A stretch of DNA of 64,000 nucleotides from an uncultured Holophaga sp. (GTDB taxonomy: Bacteria > Acidobacteriota > Holophagae > Holophagales > Holophagaceae), in assembly GCA_963664825.1 (NCBI GenBank), contig OY761614.1:544001-608000 (forward strand), given 5' to 3'. The notes under the pieces were generated by a model. It worked only from the letters and a program-made list of their open reading frames with translations, had not been told where the DNA came from and ran no database searches. Below, one piece after another: positions 54,489 to 64,000 of the stretch. The position numbers and the translations under genes were made by a program. Within the stretch, counting starts at the first letter, position 1. The number at the start of each line of letters is the position of its first letter.

Positions 54489-54989
54489 TCACCCGAGGAG
54501 ATTCAGGGTGCTGGAGGTCTGGGTAGCCTGAGCCGAGGCAATGGCCGAACTCGCGGAACTATCCGTACTGCTGGAAGTCGTGCTCAGCTGATAGCCGTAG
54601 GCGACCAGGGCCGTGGCGATATTGGAGTTGATCGCCGCACTGGAGAAGCCGAGAAGCCCCTTGGAGGACGATCCCAGGCTTTGGAGGAGGCTGGAGGCCG
54701 AGGAGGAATCCAGCCCTCCGACCGATACAGAGGAGAGATCCAGGCTCGTGGCGGTGGAGCCCTCCGTCACGGAGGCCGAATAGACGCCACTCACCAGGGC
54801 GCTCAGGCTTCCGCTGCTCCCGGCTGCGGTGGAAAGGGCATCGGCTTTGGGCAGGAGATCGCTCACCGAGGAGCCACTCCCACTGTAGGCGGTAGTCAGC
54901 GCCTGCAAGACAGCGCTGGATTGCCCGCTGCTCTTGAGGGTGGTCTGGTAGTTGTAGAGGTTCAGTGCGCTCGCCACTGAGACATCCAT
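54489..54989 (-). CDS. Ser/Ala-rich hypothetical protein
   Basis: GAGG RBS, 166-aa low-complexity ORF MDVSVASALN...LNLLG. Confidence 0.7.
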   Translation of the reverse strand: MDVSVASALNLYNYQTTLKSSGQSSAVLQALTTAYSGSGSSVSDLLPKADALSTAAGSSGSLSALVSGVYSASVTEGSTATSLDLSSVSVGGLDSSSASSLLQSLGSSSKGLLGFSSAAINSNIATALVAYGYQLSTTSSSTDSSASSAIASAQATQTSSTLNLLG

Positions 54990-55125
54990 GGAGGCACCTC
55001 GTGCTTTCTTTATCGGCCGAGGAGGGACATTCCTGGAGTAACAAAGGAGGAAAGCCCAAGGTCCCTTTAGACCTTGGGCTTTCATGGGGCGCCTCCTGGG
55101 ATTCAAGTAAGACCAAGGGCCCCAC

Positions 55126-55710
55126 CTATCGAAGGGAGGATTCCGGCGTGCCCAGGACGACGATCCGGGCCAGGCCTTCGAAGAGCGGCAGGCTGGCCTT
55201 GCGGCTGTACGTGATGCCCGCGGGCAGGTTCACCGTCACCGTGCCGATGTTCTGATCGGTCACCAGCACCTCACCGTTGGTGCCCTCCCCCAGGCAGAAC
55301 ACGGCGCCCTGGGCCAAGGACTTGGGTGTCGTCCCAACCGCAGGGATGCCGCGCTGGGCGAGACTGTGGATGGCCACCGTGGCACCTATGGAACCATCGC
55401 CAGCCATCCGGTCCTTGGGCAGCAGCACCAGGAAGTGGGCCTGATGACTGGCCAGCATCTGAGCGCCCCGCTGGGCTTGGTCGGTGCTACGGATATCGGC
55501 GATCGTGAGGGTGGCCTCGGGCCCCGCGGCCCGGGCCAGATCTTCCACCTGCGCCCGGCTGAACCGGTAATCGCAGATCACGCCGAGATGGGTCTTCTCC
55601 GGCCAGATCGTCTTGGTCACCTGCATCAGGGAGGAGAAGTCTTCGGCCTGGAGGCCCAGGCCCCCGAGGAGCAGCGCTACTGCGCCAAGGGTCTTGGAGA
55701 GGGTGAACAT
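55126..55710 (-). CDS. Exported hypothetical protein (single substrate-binding-like domain)
   Basis: AGGAG RBS, signal peptide ...GLQA, LGVI, IPAVG...GAVF. Confidence 0.65.
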   Translation of the reverse strand: MFTLSKTLGAVALLLGGLGLQAEDFSSLMQVTKTIWPEKTHLGVICDYRFSRAQVEDLARAAGPEATLTIADIRSTDQAQRGAQMLASHQAHFLVLLPKDRMAGDGSIGATVAIHSLAQRGIPAVGTTPKSLAQGAVFCLGEGTNGEVLVTDQNIGTVTVNLPAGITYSRKASLPLFEGLARIVVLGTPESSLR

Positions 55711-55876
55711 GGCATCTCCTGTGGAAAGGCCCTCCGAGTGGAGGGGAGGCTTGGGGAAAAGAGGAAGGCCTCAGGGCCGCACCTCTCGAGCCTTCAGGTT
55801 GGCGCCCCAGGGGGCTTCCACCATGCCTTCGCGCTTATCCGTTCAAACGGCGTTTCCATAGGGCTTACGAAGGCCT

Positions 55877-55906
55877 GATCAGACCCTGGTCATCCCGGGA
55901 TCAGAC
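55877..55906. promoter_or_regulatory. Three 11-bp-period direct repeats, possible wHTH operator
   Basis: gatcagac / ggtcatcc / gatcagac at 55877, 55888, 55899. Confidence 0.4.
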
Positions 55907-56010
55907 TTCAGGTAAAAAGAGACGCCCATAGCTCGAGCACTCCTATATTTCTGGGTGCGTCCAGGACGGCATTCCGGATTCCTGAAGAGGTGGGTCCTGA
56001 TCGCAGATCC

Positions 56011-57951
56011 ATGATGGTCAACACTTCCCAGCATGTTCGCTATCGTTTCGCGGATTTCGAATTGCGCGAGCATTCCGGTGAACTGCGACATGGGGAGGAG
56101 CTCCTCCGACTCCCGGAGCAGGCCTGGGATGTGCTGCTCGCCCTGCTCAGGGCCTCGGGAGATCTGGTCACCCGGGAGGAACTGAGGCAACAATTGTGGC
56201 CAGACCGGACCTTTGGCGATTTCGACGGAGGGCTCAATGCCGCCGTGCGAAAGCTCCGTCGAGCCCTGCATGATGACGGGGCGGAGCCTCATCTCATCGG
56301 GACCCTCCCCAAGCACGGGTATCGGATGCTCGTCACCGTGGAGGCCCAGGAGGAGGCTTCCCCGAGTGCCGCCCCCCTTAGTCCCAGCGCCGAGGATGCG
56401 CCCCCCAGGCCTGCACGCCCCGCCTTCGCCCGTTTCCTGTGGGCCTGGGCAGCCATGCTCGCGGTGGCCTCCGGCCTCGGACTGTGGGCCATTCGCGCTC
56501 AGAACGACCGGAAGATGGCACCCGTCAGGATCCATTCCATCGCGCTCCTGCCCCTGGCCAACCCCAGCGGGGACCCGGCCCAGGATTACCTGGCCTCAAG
56601 CCTCACCGAGCACCTGATCCAGGAGTTGGCCCTGCGCCGCGATATCCAGGTCGCCCCCTTCGCGGCTGTGGCCTCCCTTCGCCAACAGCGGGTGCTCCCC
56701 GGGGAACTCTGTCGCCAACTGGGGGTGGAGGCCTTCGTGGAGGGTTCCGTCCAACGGGAAGGCGGCCGCTTGATCCTCCATCTCAGACTCGTCCCTGCCC
56801 ATTCAGGCCTGGCGACCTGGGCCCAGACCCTCGATATGCCCTGGCAAGATATCAGTGATGTCCCTGCGGCCGGGGCCTCCCAGCTCGCCCGGGGGTTGCA
56901 ATTGCCCTCCAACCCCAGCCGAGTGGCGGGGGGATCCCGGGATGCCGAAGCTACGGCGGCTTACTGGGAGGCTCGCTACGAAGTCTCTCTGCTGAATTCC
57001 AGTGGCATCGAAAAGGCCCTGGCCCTGTACAGGCGGGCCACCCAGAGGGATCCCCGCTTTGCTTCCGCCTACGGAGGCCTGGCCAGCGCGGAACTCTGGC
57101 GGGGGCTCCTGGACAGGTCCGTGACCGATTCGGCCCTGGCGGAATCCTACCGCTACGCCACCCGCGCCCTGGAACTCGAGCCCTCCTGCGGTGAAGCCTA
57201 CCTCGCCCTGGCGTTCATCCACTGGCTCCACGACTGGGATTTCACCGCCGCGGAAGCCAATTTCCAGAAGGCCCTGGAGGCCAATAAGGGTTCGGCCCAG
57301 ATCCACGCAGCCTACGCGTCCTATCTCTTTTCCCGAGGCCGAAGCAGCGAGGCCGAACCCCATCTGGTCCTGGCGCAATCCAACGCCAAGGGCGATCCGG
57401 TCGTGGCCATGGACGTGCTCCGGTGCTACACCCTGGCGAGGCGCCCTCAGGAGGCCATCGCCTTCGGACGTTCCATCCTGGCGGCACGGCCCCACTCGGC
57501 CTGGGCTCAAGGGCACATTTTCGAGGCCTGCGTGGCCACGGGCAAGACAGGAGAGGCCATCGAAGCCAATCTGGCCGCCGTGGCCGATCTGCCGGAACTC
57601 GCGAAGCACCTGAAGGGGCTGCGGCACAACAACGATCTGAAGACAATGCTGCGCCGGGAAGCCACCTGGAACGAGGCCCGCCATGCCCGAGGACGCCCCT
57701 TCGAGGGACCCGGCGTGGTGGCCTACCTGTGGGCCGCCCTGAGGGAGAGGGATCGGGCCCTGCGCTGGCTGGAAAGGGCCGTCGAAGTCAAGGACTACGA
57801 CGCCCTCTTCGTCCTGCGCTACCCCTACTGGGATGCCTTCCAGGGCGATCCTCGCTTCGAGAAGCTCCTCCAGCGCATGGGCATACGAGGAGATGCCCGG
57901 ATCCCGACGCGCAGGGTTCAGGCACCCTGGGCCGCCGAGGGCCAGGGATGA
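56011..57951 (+). CDS. CadC/OmpR-type wHTH - TM - TolB-like - TPR one-component regulator
   Basis: YRFADF, VTREEL...LW, LRRAL.D...IGTLPKHGYR, SIALLPL.N.SGD, TPR repeats, DPRF. Confidence 0.85.
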   Translation: MMVNTSQHVRYRFADFELREHSGELRHGEELLRLPEQAWDVLLALLRASGDLVTREELRQQLWPDRTFGDFDGGLNAAVRKLRRALHDDGAEPHLIGTLPKHGYRMLVTVEAQEEASPSAAPLSPSAEDAPPRPARPAFARFLWAWAAMLAVASGLGLWAIRAQNDRKMAPVRIHSIALLPLANPSGDPAQDYLASSLTEHLIQELALRRDIQVAPFAAVASLRQQRVLPGELCRQLGVEAFVEGSVQREGGRLILHLRLVPAHSGLATWAQTLDMPWQDISDVPAAGASQLARGLQLPSNPSRVAGGSRDAEATAAYWEARYEVSLLNSSGIEKALALYRRATQRDPRFASAYGGLASAELWRGLLDRSVTDSALAESYRYATRALELEPSCGEAYLALAFIHWLHDWDFTAAEANFQKALEANKGSAQIHAAYASYLFSRGRSSEAEPHLVLAQSNAKGDPVVAMDVLRCYTLARRPQEAIAFGRSILAARPHSAWAQGHIFEACVATGKTGEAIEANLAAVADLPELAKHLKGLRHNNDLKTMLRREATWNEARHARGRPFEGPGVVAYLWAALRERDRALRWLERAVEVKDYDALFVLRYPYWDAFQGDPRFEKLLQRMGIRGDARIPTRRVQAPWAAEGQG

Positions 57952-58067
57952 AGGCCTCGGATGGAACGCATCTCCTTTCACCGGTAAACTAGTGGTTTCG
58001 GCTTTCCCAGAGGCGCGAAGCGCGCGCAAGCGCGCCCACCCCTTAGAACTTCTTGATCGGAATCCTC

Positions 58068-60767
<2,700 letters not shown>

Positions 60768-60794
60768 ATTACCTGAACCCCTTGGAGTGGCTCC

Positions 60795-61193
60795 ATGGAA
60801 TTCGTCGAGTGGACCGAACGTTTCAACACCGGCAACCCGCTGGTGGATGCCTATCACCAAGTCTTCTTCCAGATGGTCAAGGAGTTCGGCGCGAGCCTCC
60901 AGCAGGAGAACCCTGCGCCCATGGCCGATCGCATCGCCTTCCTGGTGGACTACACCTTCATGCACTTCGATTCCGAGGAGCGCCTGATGGAGCGCGCCGC
61001 CTACCCGGACCTGGCCGCCCACCGGGAGATCCACGCCCGCTTCAGGGAGCGCGTGGAGGCCGTCCACAGGCAATTCCAGGAAAACCCCAGCACATTCAGG
61101 GCCGAAGAGGTGCTCTCGCTGGTGCAGGACTGGTTCGCCCATCACATCCTGGGCGAGGATATGCGGTTCAAGCCCTGGGTGCTGGGGAACTGA
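60795..61193 (+). CDS. Bacteriohemerythrin
   Basis: D..H, HFDSEE, HREIH, W..HHI..ED di-iron ligands. Confidence 0.9.
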   Translation: MEFVEWTERFNTGNPLVDAYHQVFFQMVKEFGASLQQENPAPMADRIAFLVDYTFMHFDSEERLMERAAYPDLAAHREIHARFRERVEAVHRQFQENPSTFRAEEVLSLVQDWFAHHILGEDMRFKPWVLGN

Positions 61194-61269
61194 AATCGGT
61201 TTCCCTGCCGCCTCAAGGTTTCAGCGCAGGGGGGCAAGCCTCGCAATACAATGGTCGTCGGCCCCTTCC

Positions 61270-63372
61270 GTGAGGATTTCCATGCAACTCCTTGGCACCG
61301 CCGCCCTCATCATCGCCTCCATGACCACTCCCGTATTCGCAGGCCCCACCGCCCCCGTCCACGCGACAGCGAAAGTCGAACTCGGCGCCTCCATGAAGCG
61401 ACTGGAGGGCGAACTGGTGCAGAAGCATGGCGAGGGCCAGCGCCCGCGCATCCAGCGCGGATTGAAGCAGGCCTCGGCCTTCTGGAGCGCCCAGGACGGG
61501 ACGGCGGCCGATTTTGAGGTGTTTGCTCTCGCCCACTTCGCCCCCGAGGGGCCTGCCCTGGATGGCCTCTTCCAGCGCATGGAATTCGCGTTGGAGAGCC
61601 TCAATGGCCACATGGCGGAGATCGGCCGGGACTTCAAGTGGAACTCGGATCTGGATCTGGGACCCATGCTGCCCGTGGACGAGATTCTCTCCGGCTACGA
61701 CGCCAGCTCCCATTTCCTGGATGACGCCTTCGCCAACAAGCTGGCCTTCGCCGTCCTGCTCAACTTCCCCATGTCCACATTGGAAGAGCGCCTGAAGGAG
61801 GGCGAAGGCTGGACGCGCCGCCAGTGGGCCGAGGCGCGGCTCGTGGACCTCTTCGCCAAGCGCATCCCCGCCGAGGTCAATCTCGCCATCGCCGACGCCT
61901 CGGGCCAGGCCGAGCGCTACATCGCCTCCTACAACATCTGGATGCACCACCTCCTCAACGACCAGGGCCAGCGTCTCTTCGAGCCCGGCAAGCGCCTGCT
62001 CTCCCATTGGAATCTCCGGGACGAGCTCAAGAGCCGCTACGCCGAAGGCAAGGGAGGCCTGGAACGCCAGCGCATGATCCAGAAGGTGATGGAGCGCATC
62101 GTCACCCAGACCATCCCCGCTTCCGTCATCGATAGCCCCTTCCTGGACTGGAATCCCTTCACCAACGCAGTCCAGGTGGCCGCCGCGAAGGACACCGACG
62201 CCCCTGCGCCGAAGGATCTTCAGATCAGCAACGCCCCCGAGCCCGATACCCGCTACAAGGTGCTGCTGGACTGCTACAGGGCTGTCCGGAAATCCGATCC
62301 CTACAGCCCCACGGCCCCCACCCACATCTTCCGCAGCTACGAAGAGGGCCGTCAGATCCCCGAGGCCCGGGTGGTGAAGATGCTGGAGGATGTGCTCTCC
62401 AGCCCCCGGGTGAAAGAGGTGGCCAAACTCATCGAGAAGCGCCTGGGCCGCAAGCTGGAGCCCTTCGACGTCTGGTTCAACGGCTTCCGCCCGGGCGCAA
62501 GCCTCGACGAATCCAAGCTGGACGCCCTCACACGCGCCAAATACCCAACGGCCAGCGCCTACAAGAAGGACATGCCAAACCTCCTGAAGGGCCTGGGCTT
62601 TTCAGATGAACGTGCGCAATGGCTGGCCAGCCGCATCGAGGTCGATCCCGCAAGGGGCAGCGGCCACGCGCTGGGCGCCCAGCGCCGGGGCGATAACGCC
62701 CATCTGCGCACCCGGGTGGGCAGGGACGGCATGGACTACAAGGCCTTCAATATCGCCGTCCACGAAATGGGCCACAACGTGGAACAGACCTTCTCCATGA
62801 ACAACGTGGATCACTGGCTGCTCAACGGCGTGCCCAACACCGCCTTCACCGAGGCCCTGGCCTTCGTCTTCCAGGCCCAGGACCTGAGGCTGCTGGGCCA
62901 GCCCGCCCCCAACGCCCAAGCCCTCGCCGAAAAGACCCTCAACGACTTCTGGATGATGTATGAGATCGCGGGCGTGGGGCTGGTGGATAGCGCCGTCTGG
63001 CACTGGATGTACGAACATCCGGAGGCCACGCCGGGACAACTCAAGGAGGCCACGCTTCAGATTTCACGGGAGATCTGGAACCGCTACTACGCCCCCGTGC
63101 TGGGCCAGAAGGACTGTGTGCTGCTGGGCGTCTACAGCCACATGATCCACAGTTTCCTCTACCTGCCCGACTACCCCATCGGCCACATGATCGCCTTCCA
63201 GATCGAACACCAGATCGAGAAGACCGGTCGGCTGGGCGAAGAGTTCGAACGCATGGCCACTCAGGGGCGCCTCACGCCCGATCTCTGGATGATGAAGGCC
63301 ACGGGTCGCCCCGTGGGCCCCGAGGCCCTGCTGGAAGCCACGGAGAAGGCACTGAAGGTCATCGAGAAGTAA
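61270..63372 (+). CDS. Exported protein with gluzincin-type metallopeptidase motif
   Basis: Signal peptide (...VFA); HEMGH followed by TEALA. Start may be 61282. Confidence 0.65.
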   Translation: MRISMQLLGTAALIIASMTTPVFAGPTAPVHATAKVELGASMKRLEGELVQKHGEGQRPRIQRGLKQASAFWSAQDGTAADFEVFALAHFAPEGPALDGLFQRMEFALESLNGHMAEIGRDFKWNSDLDLGPMLPVDEILSGYDASSHFLDDAFANKLAFAVLLNFPMSTLEERLKEGEGWTRRQWAEARLVDLFAKRIPAEVNLAIADASGQAERYIASYNIWMHHLLNDQGQRLFEPGKRLLSHWNLRDELKSRYAEGKGGLERQRMIQKVMERIVTQTIPASVIDSPFLDWNPFTNAVQVAAAKDTDAPAPKDLQISNAPEPDTRYKVLLDCYRAVRKSDPYSPTAPTHIFRSYEEGRQIPEARVVKMLEDVLSSPRVKEVAKLIEKRLGRKLEPFDVWFNGFRPGASLDESKLDALTRAKYPTASAYKKDMPNLLKGLGFSDERAQWLASRIEVDPARGSGHALGAQRRGDNAHLRTRVGRDGMDYKAFNIAVHEMGHNVEQTFSMNNVDHWLLNGVPNTAFTEALAFVFQAQDLRLLGQPAPNAQALAEKTLNDFWMMYEIAGVGLVDSAVWHWMYEHPEATPGQLKEATLQISREIWNRYYAPVLGQKDCVLLGVYSHMIHSFLYLPDYPIGHMIAFQIEHQIEKTGRLGEEFERMATQGRLTPDLWMMKATGRPVGPEALLEATEKALKVIEK

Positions 63373-63408
63373 TCAGGCCCCTTCCCAGCCTGGAAGCCCA
63401 AGGCAGGG

Positions 63409-63999
63409 CTACATCGCCGGATTCCGGTGTTCCGGTTCGGCCATCAGCAGTCTGTTCTTGGGCGTGATATCCCCGGGGATCAGCTGCGTGCAGACCCGGT
63501 ACCCTCGAGCCCGCAGTCGGGATACGCGGGTGACATCCATGGCCAGCGGACCCTCCAGCCATCCCTCCAGGCCGCCGAGATCCCCGGTCTTGAGGTCGTG
63601 GCAGCAGGGCAATACCGCAACGCGGGCCCCCACGTCCACCGCTCGCTCCAGGATCAGATCGGTCAACCCGCCGCAGGCATGCGCCGATACGACCAAGTCA
63701 TCGCGCTGCAGGGACACGTTCCTCAGATCCGTCTCGATGAAGCGAACCCGGTCCCGCAGGCGCGGCCATTCGGCCCCCAGCGCCGCCTCCAGGGTCGCAG
63801 CACTCTTGGGAATTCTCTGATCGACAGCCAGGGCCACCGGAGAGCTATCGTCCAGCAGCAGGAGGATCTGCGCCACCAGACCATGGCCGCAGGCCAGATC
63901 CACGATGCGCCCACCCCTGAAGCGGCGCCGCACCCGCCGCGCGACCTCCCAGGCTTCAAAGAGTTCCTTGCGCGGCAGGCAATGGGCACGGCAGACGGC
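63409..63999 (-). CDS. Class I SAM-dependent methyltransferase (Methyltransf_32-like); 5'-partial
   Basis: VDLACGHG, HACGGLTD, PCC, TPKN; frame open to the window edge. Confidence 0.8.
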   Translation of the reverse strand, partial: AVCRAHCLPRKELFEAWEVARRVRRRFRGGRIVDLACGHGLVAQILLLLDDSSPVALAVDQRIPKSAATLEAALGAEWPRLRDRVRFIETDLRNVSLQRDDLVVSAHACGGLTDLILERAVDVGARVAVLPCCHDLKTGDLGGLEGWLEGPLAMDVTRVSRLRARGYRVCTQLIPGDITPKNRLLMAEPEHRNPAM

Positions 64000-64000
64000 C

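Overview
High-GC bacterial chromosomal window; the gene repertoire (wHTH-TolB-TPR regulator, fused E1, DUF3187) suggests Acidobacteriota, possibly Holophagaceae (inference). Bases 1-9.5 kb are the end of a defence island: MmeI-like type IIL RM, NucS-like/DUF5655 nuclease, IS21 remnant and a 1969-aa DUF4011-helicase-nuclease (Hhe-like), with hairpin-rich flanks and a candidate repeat-motif sRNA. The rest is mostly core genome: manC/pfkA, CheZ-like, thiC, CHASE hybrid kinase, kdpFABCDE, PilT-family, typA, rpsT, argS, pyrG, a small accessory cluster, tkt, fused E1, valS, hemerythrin. The most notable locus (47.1-54.4 kb) has two Amt ammonium transporters and a porin with no adjacent P-II gene. 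It sits beside a second KdpD/KdpE pair whose kinase lacks the N-terminal KdpD domain, and carries two matching four-half-site KdpE-type operators: a candidate KdpDE-derived ammonium-uptake control system. Other signals are a two-hairpin element in-frame inside valS with a second copy between kdpA and kdpB, three short duplications of core-gene fragments (manC 5', rpsT 3', pyrG internal) and a beta-hydroxyacid dehydrogenase-LytTR fusion. No rRNA, tRNA or CRISPR array was recognised. All family assignments are by eye from motifs; no searches were run.
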